IMG/VR virus record: IMGVR_UViG_3300006916_000005
Location: 1 to 56,278 of that record
Length of the DNA stretch: 56,278 nt
Reading direction: 5' to 3' (one strand)
Origin: a virus
Lineage: Duplodnaviria > Caudoviricetes
The notes under the pieces are model-generated. The model did not search any database and was not told where the DNA came from. It saw only the letters and a list, made by a program, of their open reading frames with translations. The stretch's first letter is position 1, and every line of letters starts with the position of its first letter. This document shows, one piece after another, positions 8,585 through 17,863 of the stretch. Both the position numbers and the translations under genes were made by a program.

Positions 8585-8874
8585 GCCACCATCTCCCGGG
8601 TGATTCGCTTCTTCTCGAAGCCCAGTTCCGTCGACAGCCACTTCGTGACGGCGAAGACGTTGGGCGACAGGAAGGCGAGGCGAAGGGACTGGAGGTCCCC
8701 GTCGCTGTTCAGGTCGTAGACCCAGCCGTCGAAGGTCAGGTCCGGGTGATCCGCCGCCAGCTGTTCGCGGGTCTTCTGGATGTTCGTGGCTCCGTGCCAG
8801 TTCTCCCAGAGCTTACAGTGGACCGGGACTTCGATCCCGTCGGATGTCTTGCAAATTGCTGTTTTGATAGTCAT
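8581..8874 (-). CDS. Hypothetical protein
   Basis: 97 aa, AAAGGA RBS. Confidence 0.75.
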   Translation of the reverse strand: MTIKTAICKTSDGIEVPVHCKLWENWHGATNIQKTREQLAADHPDLTFDGWVYDLNSDGDLQSLRLAFLSPNVFAVTKWLSTELGFEKKRITREMVA

Positions 8875-8886
8875 GGTCTTATCCTT

Positions 8887-9201
8887 TCAAGGAAGATCAT
8901 AGGCACGACGCCCACGGGTTTCCCATTTCTCGATCACAGGCTGGCCCAGCTCGTCCTCGTCGACCACGATGTAGGCGACCGTCTTCAGGACCCGGGCGTA
9001 GCGCTTGCCTTCGGTGGTGAAGATGACGTGGGGGAACTCGTCGATCGAGGCCCACGGGTTGGAACAGAAGTCGCAAGAGGGAGCCGACCAGCGATCGCCG
9101 AACTCGAAGGTGTGACCCTCGTCCGCCTCGCGGAAGTGACCAAGAATGATCGGGTCGAAGCCAATGTGGCGGCGGTCGTTGGTGTGAGATGCGAAGGCCA
9201 T
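8887..9201 (-). CDS. Hypothetical protein (first gene of a cassette)
   Basis: 104 aa, AAGGAG RBS directly after the promoter repeat. Confidence 0.8.
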   Translation of the reverse strand: MAFASHTNDRRHIGFDPIILGHFREADEGHTFEFGDRWSAPSCDFCSNPWASIDEFPHVIFTTEGKRYARVLKTVAYIVVDEDELGQPVIEKWETRGRRAYDLP

Positions 9202-9214
9202 GGGAGGCTCCTTT

Positions 9215-9259
9215 CCGTTTCTGATGATCTCAATCTACACTATGAGCGGCAGATGTAAA
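9215..9259 (-). promoter_or_regulatory. Promoter/leader repeat copy 2
   Basis: TTTACA-N16-TAGATT..GATCATCAGAAACGG. Confidence 0.85.
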
Positions 9260-9298
9260 CCCCTTATTTCGAAACAGTCTGTTTTTCGCAAATTGTGC

Positions 9299-9343
9299 TT
9301 TACATCTGCCGGGAGATGGTCTATCTATAGATCATCAGAAACG
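9299..9343 (+). promoter_or_regulatory. Promoter/leader repeat copy 3 (only complete plus-strand copy)
   Basis: TTTACATCTGCCGGGAGATGGTCTATCTATAGATCATCAGAAACG followed by an AAAGGAA RBS. Confidence 0.85.
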
Positions 9344-9356
9344 AAAGGAACACGAC

Positions 9357-9608
9357 ATGATGACCATCGAACAGAAGAAAGCCAGACGCGCCGCGATCAT
9401 GGACCTGACCGCTGATCTCCGCGCCCAGTATGGTGAGACGCAGGACCAGCTTCGGGCGGTCGAGCTGGAGATGAACGAGATCGACTACCCTTGCGCTCGC
9501 CTCACCCGTCTGTCCGACAAGCGCTGGGACCTGTCCGCTCGCATGACTTCGATCGACGCGAACATAGAGCGCCGGGTCGAGGCTTATCTGAAGGAGATCG
9601 CAGCATGA
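9357..9608 (+). CDS. Hypothetical coiled-coil protein
   Basis: 83 aa behind the plus-strand repeat and RBS. Confidence 0.8.
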   Translation: MMTIEQKKARRAAIMDLTADLRAQYGETQDQLRAVELEMNEIDYPCARLTRLSDKRWDLSARMTSIDANIERRVEAYLKEIAA

Positions 9609-9850
9609 CCGGGGACAACACTCTCCGCCTCGACGTCTGGTTCTCTCCGGAGTTCCAGTCGTGGGGCGTGACCGAATATCTTGGCGACGACCTGAACGAG
9701 ACCGGAACGGAGAGCGAATGGTTCTACTTGAAGATCGGCGCGATCGAGCGCGCGAACGAGCGGCTCCACAGCCTCGACGACGAGGTCCAGCGGGTGGACA
9801 TCTACTCGAAGGCGTGGAACCTGATGTCGTCGAAGACGATGCTATCGTGA
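9605..9850 (+). CDS. Hypothetical protein
   Basis: 81 aa from MTGDNTLRL; AAGGAG RBS; ATGA overlap. Confidence 0.75.
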   Translation: MTGDNTLRLDVWFSPEFQSWGVTEYLGDDLNETGTESEWFYLKIGAIERANERLHSLDDEVQRVDIYSKAWNLMSSKTMLS

Positions 9851-10024
9851 CCGGAGCCAGATGATCTCGCACAGTCCGGCGGACGTTCCGTCGGACTGGC
9901 ACCGCTTCATGAAGTGGACGTAGGTTTCGCCCTTCCGTGGGCGCTTGTCGTTCGGATCGAGCTTCCGGAGGACGTCGATCGGCGCTGATCCGACAGAGCC
10001 TCGATCGTTCAAGAGGCCCAGCAT
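9842..10024 (-). CDS. Hypothetical protein
   Basis: 60 aa; P.KGE....FM.RC motif; start uncertain. Confidence 0.5.
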   Translation of the reverse strand: MLGLLNDRGSVGSAPIDVLRKLDPNDKRPRKGETYVHFMKRCQSDGTSAGLCEIIWLRSR

Positions 10025-10088
10025 GTCACGGAGAGCTTGGCGGGTCCCGAACAGGGTCCGCTCGCGGCTCTCCCAGATCGACTTCGCT

Positions 10089-10205
10089 TTAGACCGTGTC
10101 GAGAAACGTGTTCAGATCGGTCAGCTCTGTTTCGACTTGCGCCTTCAGGGAGATGATGTCGGACATCGCTGTCGCGATCGCTTGGAGCTTCTGTAAAAGT
10201 GTCAT
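10089..10205 (-). CDS. Small hypothetical protein (38 aa, not in the ORF track)
   Basis: MTLLQKLQAIATAMSDIISLKAQVETELTDLNTFLDTV; AAGGA RBS. Confidence 0.6.
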   Translation of the reverse strand: MTLLQKLQAIATAMSDIISLKAQVETELTDLNTFLDTV

Positions 10206-10244
10206 GTTGTGCGTCCTTGTGGGTTTGCGTGGGATAGCCCTATA

Positions 10245-11429
10245 TCACAAGAAGTTGTCCGGGTCGAGACCGGCGGCGATGAAGGCGTCCCGGTCGCGTC
10301 GAGCGAGCTGTGACAGGGTCAGCTCGTCGCCCCTACGGTTCACGAAGCGATCGAGCTTCAGGTTCCCGTCCCGGAAGAGCTTGGCCCGGGTTGGTCCGAG
10401 GATGTCGATCTGGAAGGACGTCGGCTGTCGGGTCAACCAATCCTGATAGCTGATCTTCGCGTCGATGACGCCGGTCCGCTTCCTGATCTCGCCCCGGGAG
10501 AACTGATCGAAGCTCCCCTTGTGACCACGGGGAAGGGAGGCCCGGTTGCCCACAGGCTTGATCCCCGCCTTCTTTGCATAGTCCCGGAGAAGGCCCTTCT
10601 CTGTCACCGCCTTCGCTGGACGCTTTCCAATGACCTCGCCGTCCAGTTCCGCGACACGAAGGGACCGACAGTTCCAATGTAGCGGCGGGATAGGTCCCTT
10701 TCCGACAGGGAACCGCTTTCCATCGTTTGCACGACAGACCGGAGTGGTTCGGCTGTCCAGTGTGGCGACGTAGACCTCCCGGTCGAAGACGTCGGCGTTC
10801 GCTTTGTAGAACTCTCGCTTCGCGGCGTTGCTGTAGGAATTGACGGCGGTCCGGGCGATCGCTTGGGCTTGTCTCCGCGTGATCTGTGTGACCCCATCCT
10901 TGCCTCTCTGGTTTACCGATCCGACCACCCTCCGGGCGATCTCTCGCGTGGGTTCACCTTGGACGACACCGATCCGGATCGCTTGCTCGATCCTCTGGAG
11001 GTCAGCCCGGGCGATCTGGTTCGACCAGTCCTTCAGGGTCCGGCCCTCGAAGGGGTGGTGTGTGACCAGCGCCTTCAGAGTGTCGACATTCGGGAGGACT
11101 GTGTCAAGGAGGACAGGGGCGACGGTCTGGAGAGCGGTCGCCAGAAGCGCCGGTTCAGCCTGAACCAGAGCGAGCATCTCGTCACGCCAGACTTGGGAAC
11201 TTTTTTTCCAGCTCTCCGAGCGTATAGCGGCGATCGCCTTGATCAGCCTCTCCTGACTTGCCACCGATCGGCTCTTGTCGAGCCTCTTGATGATCAGGTC
11301 CTTGATGTCCTTCTCCGTGGCGTCGAGAAGATCGAAGACATCGTTCCGAACCTTCCCGGAAAGCCGGAGAAGTCCGATCTGATGCCGGATCATCGCGTCC
11401 AGCCACTCGTCGTTGATGTCGTTCGCCAT
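10245..11429 (-). CDS. Head morphogenesis protein (SPP1 gp7 / Mu gpF family)
   Basis: IART, ATLDSRTT.VC...DG and PPLHWNCRS motifs. Confidence 0.9.
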   Translation of the reverse strand: MANDINDEWLDAMIRHQIGLLRLSGKVRNDVFDLLDATEKDIKDLIIKRLDKSRSVASQERLIKAIAAIRSESWKKSSQVWRDEMLALVQAEPALLATALQTVAPVLLDTVLPNVDTLKALVTHHPFEGRTLKDWSNQIARADLQRIEQAIRIGVVQGEPTREIARRVVGSVNQRGKDGVTQITRRQAQAIARTAVNSYSNAAKREFYKANADVFDREVYVATLDSRTTPVCRANDGKRFPVGKGPIPPLHWNCRSLRVAELDGEVIGKRPAKAVTEKGLLRDYAKKAGIKPVGNRASLPRGHKGSFDQFSRGEIRKRTGVIDAKISYQDWLTRQPTSFQIDILGPTRAKLFRDGNLKLDRFVNRRGDELTLSQLARRDRDAFIAAGLDPDNFL

Positions 11430-11458
11430 CTGGTTCTCTCATTCGCCGCCCGAAGGCG

Positions 11459-12259
11459 TTATACGTTCGTGTTCGTGTTCGACAAGATGATCGACAAGGA
11501 GATGCTAACCTCTCCGCCAGCCTGATCGACAGCCATCTCGACCCAGATGTCCGTCAAGGGAGGGAGTTCAAGATATGGTTCACGAACGATCGTGTTCGTT
11601 ACACTGTTCAGACCCTCGAAGTCCTTCTGTTTCACTTCAGGGGAAAAGGGAGGCGTGACCTGAAGTGCGTTCTCCCGTGTTAAGATATGCATGTCGGCGA
11701 CCTTGCCGCTGGACAGCGAGTAGTTGACCCTCGTCAAAAGTCCAGTCTGGTTGATGCCTGTTGTGTAGGCGGCTTTCAGGGTCGTCGAGGCCCCTATTCC
11801 TTGGAAGTCAACCTCCGCCAAGAGCTGGGCGCTCTCGTTCTCGATTTCAATGATCGCGGCGTTTGTGCCTCCATAGACCCCGACCTCGACGACACGGGTC
11901 CGGTCGATCCTCCAGAATGTCTTGGTCGTGTAAGCCGAAGCATTGGCTCCGGCGGTGACTATGACCTCGCTGTCACGATAGCCAGCCGCATTGATCCCGT
12001 AGACCTCGACCGAACGAGCGCCTGTTCCGTCTGCCGTGTCGGCGGCGTTGCCTCCCGCCCTGATCCGGACCCGTTCGTCTGCCGTTGGCCAGATCGCCGC
12101 GCCGCCTTGGGTTTGAACAGCTTGGAACGACGTGGTCAGGTTCCGAAGTGTGCCGTATTTATGCACCGGCTCGATCAGTTCACGGTTCGGACCGCGCGCC
12201 CGACCGAAGCCAAGCTCGACCAAGAAGTCACGCTCTGGTTGCTGAATAAAACTAGCCAT
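11459..12259 (-). CDS. Putative virion structural protein
   Basis: 266 aa, beta-rich, ADT..GTGARSV motif recalled from marine phage proteins. Confidence 0.55.
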   Translation of the reverse strand: MASFIQQPERDFLVELGFGRARGPNRELIEPVHKYGTLRNLTTSFQAVQTQGGAAIWPTADERVRIRAGGNAADTADGTGARSVEVYGINAAGYRDSEVIVTAGANASAYTTKTFWRIDRTRVVEVGVYGGTNAAIIEIENESAQLLAEVDFQGIGASTTLKAAYTTGINQTGLLTRVNYSLSSGKVADMHILTRENALQVTPPFSPEVKQKDFEGLNSVTNTIVREPYLELPPLTDIWVEMAVDQAGGEVSISLSIILSNTNTNV

Positions 12260-12527
12260 CGTCCTCTTCCTCGTAGGGGATGCGATCAGCTCCGACCAAG
12301 AGGTTCAGCTTCGCGCGCTCCATGTCGTAGATCATTTCGTCGTCCCCTTGGCCCATCGCGTAGGTCGTCAGGGAGCCGTCTGGTGATCGACCGATGAAGA
12401 ACCCCTCTTCGACGATCCCGGCTTCAGCGTCACTCCTGACCGCCTCGATCATTGTCATCATCGTCTTCTTCGTCTGGGTCTCCGGGTTCTCGGTTTCCGC
12501 CACCAGCTTGATCATCGTCATCGACAA
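12252..12527 (-). CDS. Hypothetical protein overlapping the portal 3' end (start uncertain)
   Basis: 91-aa ORF fills the gap between the portal and the next gene. Confidence 0.55.
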   Translation of the reverse strand: MSMTMIKLVAETENPETQTKKTMMTMIEAVRSDAEAGIVEEGFFIGRSPDGSLTTYAMGQGDDEMIYDMERAKLNLLVGADRIPYEEEDDG

Positions 12528-14007
12528 GGTCCTTCGAATTCATGGACCCCAGAACGAGGTCCTCTTCTTCCTCGATCTTAGCGATCTCTTCATCGAAGTC
12601 CAGTTCGGTGACGTCCTTGTTCTGGAGCCAGAGATGGATCGTCTCGTAGGACAACGGCGCTCCGCTGTTCTTGGCGGTGACCATCTTGACGAGATCGTCC
12701 GGCGTGAAGCTGTCGTCCACGAAGTCAAGGTTCGGGGTCACGACGACCTCTTCCGGGTTCGCGCCGATCCACTTGGCGATCTGGCGGAGCGATTGCTGGA
12801 GACCGTAGGCCCCGGTCAGGGCGATCTGGTTCAGCGTGGCAGTCCGGGCGGCGACCCTGATCTTCAGGGCGTCACCGCTCTCCCGTTCCCGGGAGACGCT
12901 GTCCATCAGCTGTCCGCCTTTCTGCATCGCGCGATTGTAGTCGTTCTCCAGAGAGGTCCGCTGTTCGGGGATGCCGTCGGAGCTTGGTCCAATGAACTCC
13001 GCCGTCCCGTTCTCCGGGAGGTGGATCGTCGCACCAGCGCCCAAACGGATCGCCTCGTCTGCCATGTTCCCGCCGGAGATGACCAGCGTGTCCTGTCCTT
13101 GCATGAAGAGCGCTTGACGATAGTCAGCCTCGCCACGATAGATCGCCATGATCGCGGACGCCAGTCCAAGGAGAGGCGGCTTGTCGGGATCAGGGACCAC
13201 GTCACAAGCGTTGATGATCACGAAGGGAATTTCGTCGAGCTTTGTCCCACGGTAGGACGGGTCGATCAGGTTCTCTTCGCTGAAGTCGAGGCTTTTGTCG
13301 TCACGAAAGACGCCGACCCGGTAGGTCCCGGTCCCTTTCGGTTCGTTCTCGTCGACAGCTCCGAGGATCAAGACGCGATACTTCTGGCGCTCGACCCAGT
13401 TGAAGCTGTCCCCCTTCTCGCGCTCGAAGCCTGTCTCGTCGAGGACGACAAGGTTCAAGTTCTGGACCTCGATCCCATCCCGGGAGCCTTGGTCCCAGTT
13501 GATGATCGCCTCCGTCTCATAGAGAGCGATGTAGGGGAGATCGTCGACGCGGACTGTCTTCCCAGCAGCGACCACGGTCGATCGGCTGGCTCTTGGGTCC
13601 ATCGTCATATCCGACAGGAGGCCGACGCGCCCGGTCAGGAGTTGCTGTTCGTTGATCCGGCGGAGCAACATCTGGAGGCTCTCGTTCCGGAGGGTGGCTT
13701 GCTCCCGGAGCGGCTCCATCGCCGCCGGAAGCTCGATCACGGCGGGCTTGTGATGCATCACGCCAAGCATCGCGGACACCGCGTCGTCGAGGATGTCAGG
13801 GAGGATCGCGCGGCTCTTGTAAGCCTCATAGGCTTGGAAGCCCGGGGAGAGAGCCGTGGTCATGCCGTCCTCGATCATCCCGGCGGTCGGCTTCAGGTAT
13901 ATCTGACCCTTCTCCTTGACCTGTCTCTCTCCGAGATAGATGTCGCGGAGCATGACCCAGTCCGGGAGGTGGGTTGAAAAGAGTGGATGCTTCTGTTCGA
14001 CGCCCAT
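12430..14007 (-). CDS. Portal protein (DUF4055 type)
   Basis: 525 aa directly after TerL; HP, Y..Y..RA, I.NW, IPF and PPLL.LA motifs. Confidence 0.9.
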   Translation of the reverse strand: MGVEQKHPLFSTHLPDWVMLRDIYLGERQVKEKGQIYLKPTAGMIEDGMTTALSPGFQAYEAYKSRAILPDILDDAVSAMLGVMHHKPAVIELPAAMEPLREQATLRNESLQMLLRRINEQQLLTGRVGLLSDMTMDPRASRSTVVAAGKTVRVDDLPYIALYETEAIINWDQGSRDGIEVQNLNLVVLDETGFEREKGDSFNWVERQKYRVLILGAVDENEPKGTGTYRVGVFRDDKSLDFSEENLIDPSYRGTKLDEIPFVIINACDVVPDPDKPPLLGLASAIMAIYRGEADYRQALFMQGQDTLVISGGNMADEAIRLGAGATIHLPENGTAEFIGPSSDGIPEQRTSLENDYNRAMQKGGQLMDSVSRERESGDALKIRVAARTATLNQIALTGAYGLQQSLRQIAKWIGANPEEVVVTPNLDFVDDSFTPDDLVKMVTAKNSGAPLSYETIHLWLQNKDVTELDFDEEIAKIEEEEDLVLGSMNSKDLVDDDDQAGGGNREPGDPDEEDDDDNDRGGQE

Positions 14008-15555
14008 TTAGAACATTCCTGTCGTTTTGCCGGTTCCGCCCCGGTTCCCAGTAGAGCGAACCCGGTAGCGTGTCTCGTCGCCGATATGGTCTTCGGCGTC
14101 GGTGTCCACGTCATCCGGGTCCTTGTCCGATCGCGGAAGGACCGGAACGGTTCTTATGAATTGATCACAATTCTCGAAAATAAACAAGCCCGGGTCTTCG
14201 CGCATTTGGACTTGACCCGTTTCTTCGTCGATCAGGTTCTTCGCGTTGCGGATGTACTTGCGGAGGGTCTCCCAGCCAGCCTTCCTTGATCCGGGTCGCT
14301 TGTCAGCCTTCGTCCAGATGATCCCGGAGGGATACTTCTTCCCGTCCCGGGTGGTGAAAGGGAGGCCCATGTCCCGACCGATCGAGACCCCGTTCTCCGT
14401 GTTGTGGATCGCGTTGTCCGCCGGTCCCGGGTTGATCTTCATGTTCGGGAACATGGATCGCTCGCGCTCCGCGATGCCCTTGGCGACATCCACGGCGAGC
14501 ATCTTCTTGCCCTCGTTCGGCTTCCCGTTCCAGCCATACCATTCCGCGATCCGGAAGAGATCGCCGGGGACGGTACTATGCCAGCGACCATCGGCTCCCT
14601 TGTAGTCGGACCCATCACTCTCCGCCCACCAGCCCACGGAGAAGGGAGCGCTCGATCCCCAGTCGAAGGACCGATCGACCCTCCAGCTCGAAGGGACTGG
14701 GAAGCGCTGGACGATGTTGACCTTCTGGTCCCAGACGTCGTCGAACATGCCTCCGGCGACGATGTCCCAGCTCCCCTCCAGCCATGCGGCGAGCTTCGCC
14801 GGGTTGTCGGCTTGTTTCTTCAGCTGGGCGATGTAGTTGGGCTGGGCGGTCAGGAGGATCGTGTTCTCGTAGATCGTCCCCTTGATCGTCAGCCGTTCGA
14901 GGACGTGTGTCTCGACCTCCCCGGTCACGGGGTTCTCGATCTTGTAGGTCGCGCGCCTCCGGACCCCGTCCTTCTGTGGGAGTTCGAAGTAGAACTTCAC
15001 TTGGTTGTGTCCGACCCCGTAGGGGTTCGTCGTGGCCCGGACCCGGAGCGGGATTTCTCTCTCTGTCGATCGGAGACAGGACATCATCGACTTGTAGCCT
15101 TCGAGGCTCGCCCAGTTGGTCAGCTCGTCCCAGCCGATGAACTGGAACTCCTGTCCGTGGTACTTCCAATAATCGTCCGGCTTGTTGAACTGTCGGAAGA
15201 GAAGCTCTTCCCCATCAGGGAAGACCCACTTGTAGGCGGAGCCGTTCCATCGAGCGCCGGGGAACATTTTGGGGAACCAGCGCTTCGACTTCGTGATCAG
15301 GTCCTCCAGCTGTGGGAAGGTCTGGCGGAAGATGACGCCCTTGTATTGGAGGCCCCAGCCGCGTCCGATGAACTGGGCGAAGTCCATCAGGAGCGTGTCC
15401 GACTTCCCGGGTCCCCTCGTCCCGTGATAAAGTATCTCGAAGACATAGCTCCGCTTCATCAGCTCCGTTTGTGAGCCTTTGAGCGGTTCCCATGCCTTCT
15501 TCGTGCCTTCGGGAACGACGAAGGCCGGGGTGATGGTGTCAGCTGTCGTCGTCAT
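14008..15555 (-). CDS. terL: Terminase large subunit
   Basis: Walker A G.RGPGKS, Walker B IGWDE, TTNP.G.GH, nuclease DWG...P and EDHIGD..RY. Confidence 0.95.
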   Translation of the reverse strand: MTTTADTITPAFVVPEGTKKAWEPLKGSQTELMKRSYVFEILYHGTRGPGKSDTLLMDFAQFIGRGWGLQYKGVIFRQTFPQLEDLITKSKRWFPKMFPGARWNGSAYKWVFPDGEELLFRQFNKPDDYWKYHGQEFQFIGWDELTNWASLEGYKSMMSCLRSTEREIPLRVRATTNPYGVGHNQVKFYFELPQKDGVRRRATYKIENPVTGEVETHVLERLTIKGTIYENTILLTAQPNYIAQLKKQADNPAKLAAWLEGSWDIVAGGMFDDVWDQKVNIVQRFPVPSSWRVDRSFDWGSSAPFSVGWWAESDGSDYKGADGRWHSTVPGDLFRIAEWYGWNGKPNEGKKMLAVDVAKGIAERERSMFPNMKINPGPADNAIHNTENGVSIGRDMGLPFTTRDGKKYPSGIIWTKADKRPGSRKAGWETLRKYIRNAKNLIDEETGQVQMREDPGLFIFENCDQFIRTVPVLPRSDKDPDDVDTDAEDHIGDETRYRVRSTGNRGGTGKTTGMF

Positions 15556-16165
15556 CTGGTGGGATGTCCTCGACCGGGAGAGGATCGTTCTCCGATGTCA
15601 GCTGTTCAGGAGCGACGAGGACGCCGGTCTGGACGTTGACTGTCATTCCGTCCTTCTGGCCCCAGCCAGCCGGGTCGGCTTTCTTCAGGAGGCCCTCCAA
15701 GAGCTTGTCCGAGAAGACCCGCTTGTAGGTCACGATCTCCGGGTCCTTGCCAGCGACGATCGGCTCCAGAACGCCTTCGGCTCCCCGGCGGAGAGCTTCA
15801 GCTTCGAGCATGTTCAAATAAATCGCGTGAGCCTCTTGGACCAGCTCACGAAACAGTTGGTTCTCGTTCTCCCACTTGATGACCGTTCCGAGGGTGCATC
15901 CCGCATAGAGCGAGGCGTCCGCCTTCCGGCCCGATCGCGAATAAAATTCCAAGAACTTCGCGGCGGCTTCGTCGTCGAAGATACGGTCCCGCCGATCGAC
16001 GATCTGTCCGAACCATCGCCGGACGCCGCGATCATCTTCAGGCCCAAGGACCTCTCCCTCGTGGACGACGTTGTCCTGAAAGGTGGTGATCGCTCTGGTG
16101 TGGGACGGCTCGACGACGAGGTCCTCGTATTCTGCCTTTGTTTCCGGAGTGTTATCGGTCGCCAT
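15539..16165 (-). CDS. terS: Terminase small subunit
   Basis: Upstream of terL; HTH, LE.EA.RR..EG and SD.LL motifs. Confidence 0.75.
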   Translation of the reverse strand: MATDNTPETKAEYEDLVVEPSHTRAITTFQDNVVHEGEVLGPEDDRGVRRWFGQIVDRRDRIFDDEAAAKFLEFYSRSGRKADASLYAGCTLGTVIKWENENQLFRELVQEAHAIYLNMLEAEALRRGAEGVLEPIVAGKDPEIVTYKRVFSDKLLEGLLKKADPAGWGQKDGMTVNVQTGVLVAPEQLTSENDPLPVEDIPPDDDDS

Positions 16166-16235
16166 ATGCGCGCGAACCTCTTTTCTAAATGGTGCGTTGC
16201 AAGCAATCTAAGCCCAAAATACCACGAAAGCAACC

Positions 16236-16490
16236 GACCTTGGACAACCTCCGACCTCAAAAGCTCCAAGTTCTAAGAATATTATATATTTCTACTGATT
16301 TCAAAAAGGTTGGGGAGGTTGGGGAGGTTGTCTTTCATTAAGAAAATCAGGAACTTACTTCGGACGACCTTTGGACAACGGGTCGACCTTGGACGACCTT
16401 TGGACGACCTCGACCGCCCGAAGTCCCTTCTTTCGTGGGCTTTCGGGCGGTTTTGAAAGGTTGTCCAGAGGTTGGGTCGACCCGTTGTCC
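16236..16490. other. Origin-like element A: AT-rich core with opposed RACCT/AGGTY repeats and a 16-bp inverted repeat
   Basis: Non-coding; homologous to 40473-40637; inverted repeat 16373-16388 / 16475-16490. Confidence 0.55.
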
Positions 16491-16966
16491 TACAGCTCGA
16501 TGTCGGAGAGGTCCGCCTTCTGATAGTTCGGCCCCTTGATGATCTTCCCGCCCGGTTCTCGGACCGGGTTCCCGTCATCGTCGAGCTTGGACATGTTCGC
16601 CTCGTGGATACGCTGGAAGGCTTCAGGGACCGCCCGATCGAGGCCCAAGGTCACAGCCAGCCCGGAGACGACATAGATCAGATCGCAGACCTCCCAGAGA
16701 ACTTGACGCGGATCGCCGTCCAGAAGCGCCTCCGACACTTCCGCCAGCTCTTCGACGATCAGGCGGAACCGGAGGAAGGTCACGTCGTTGTCGTGGATCG
16801 CTCCGAGGCTCTTCAGGCTTTCAGAGAGACCGGCGAGAGCTTCTGATAGGATCGCCTGTCCGACCCTTGCCTGCGCGCTCTGTTGCGGCTGTGTGTATCG
16901 CTCCGGAGCATCGAGGCCCATCGCAAGATGGAACTCCCTCAGAGCGTCGAGTGAAGATTGTGACAT
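16490..16966 (-). CDS. MazG-like nucleotide pyrophosphohydrolase (PRA-PH type)
   Basis: EELAE, E.CDL.YV..G, H.ANMSK and GK..KGPNY motifs. Confidence 0.85.
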   Translation of the reverse strand: MSQSSLDALREFHLAMGLDAPERYTQPQQSAQARVGQAILSEALAGLSESLKSLGAIHDNDVTFLRFRLIVEELAEVSEALLDGDPRQVLWEVCDLIYVVSGLAVTLGLDRAVPEAFQRIHEANMSKLDDDGNPVREPGGKIIKGPNYQKADLSDIEL

Positions 16967-16976
16967 GGTATCTCTC

Positions 16977-17369
16977 TTATGTTAGTTTTTCGTTGTTGCC
17001 TTCCCAGTCGAGATAGGCGTGTCGACCGTTCGGCTTGCGGAACGCGAAGGCCATGTGAGGGGTCAGGCGGGTCTTTTCGCCGTAGACCTCGACCTCGACC
17101 TCGACCTCCGCGATCGTTCCGACCTCCGGGATGTCATAGTGAACGACCCGGATGATCTCCCATCCGTCGCGGTATTCCATCACCGGCTCGCCGTCGCGCC
17201 CGATCATCTGGACGTTCGTCATCCACTGGTCGCGGTTGTGCTGCATCTTGTAGAGGGTCTCCGGGTCGACCATCAGGCGCTTCTCCGTGATCCCTTCCCG
17301 GCCCAGCGTGGCTTCCCAGAGCTTGTCCGCGAGGGACCACGGGTCTCCGATCTCAATTCTGTTCATCAT
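16977..17369 (-). CDS. Hypothetical protein
   Basis: 130 aa, coupled to the upstream stop. Confidence 0.75.
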   Translation of the reverse strand: MMNRIEIGDPWSLADKLWEATLGREGITEKRLMVDPETLYKMQHNRDQWMTNVQMIGRDGEPVMEYRDGWEIIRVVHYDIPEVGTIAEVEVEVEVYGEKTRLTPHMAFAFRKPNGRHAYLDWEGNNEKLT

Positions 17370-17518
17370 TTCCCGACCTTGATAGTGGACAAATCGTGGA
17401 CGATCCCGGCGGTGACGTTCTCGACGCCAGAGCTGACGAAGTCAACAGCGAAGGTCGCGCCGATCGCGACCAGACCGAAGATGACGAGGACCTCGAAGGC
17501 TGTTGTTGATTTGATCAT
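17366..17518 (-). CDS. 50-aa membrane protein resembling Flp/Tad pilin (not in the ORF track)
   Basis: MIKSTTAFEVLVIFGLVAIGATFAVDFVSSGVENVTAGIVHDLSTIKVGK; AAGGAG RBS; ATGA overlap downstream. Confidence 0.65.
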   Translation of the reverse strand: MIKSTTAFEVLVIFGLVAIGATFAVDFVSSGVENVTAGIVHDLSTIKVGK

Positions 17519-17542
17519 GTTCTTTCTCCTTGGATTGTGGGC

Positions 17543-17569
17543 GGGGGTGGTCCCCTCCCGGGTTGATTA
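17543..17569 (-). repeat. Post-stop hairpin repeat, copy A
   Basis: TAATCAACCCGGGAGGGGACCACCCCC, variant of copies B and C. Confidence 0.7.
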
Positions 17570-17800
17570 AGCTGCGACCGCGTCGGCTTCGATGAAGAGG
17601 ATCAGGTTCCGGAGAGCCTTCGAACGCTTCAGCATCTCGTCGCGGGTGTGGACATTCAGCGTAGGGAAGCGGAGGCTCTTGCGGTGGCTGATCACGGTGA
17701 AGCGATCGTCGCTGTCGGCGATCACGGTGTATTCCGTGGCGTTCGCGGTGAAGCTGTAGGCGGTGCGGTCGTTCGTGGTGATGTCGGTCTTGATGATCAT
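17567..17800 (-). CDS. Hypothetical protein (first gene of a cassette)
   Basis: 77 aa behind repeat and RBS. Confidence 0.8.
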   Translation of the reverse strand: MIIKTDITTNDRTAYSFTANATEYTVIADSDDRFTVISHRKSLRFPTLNVHTRDEMLKRSKALRNLILFIEADAVAA

Positions 17801-17813
17801 GTCTTGGTTCCTT

Positions 17814-17859
17814 CCGTTTCTGATACATTATAGATAGCAACAGGACCGGCAGATGTAAA
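17814..17859 (-). promoter_or_regulatory. Promoter/leader repeat copy 4
   Basis: TTTACATCTGCCGG...TATCTATA...ATCAGAAACGG. Confidence 0.85.
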
Positions 17860-17863
17860 CCCC

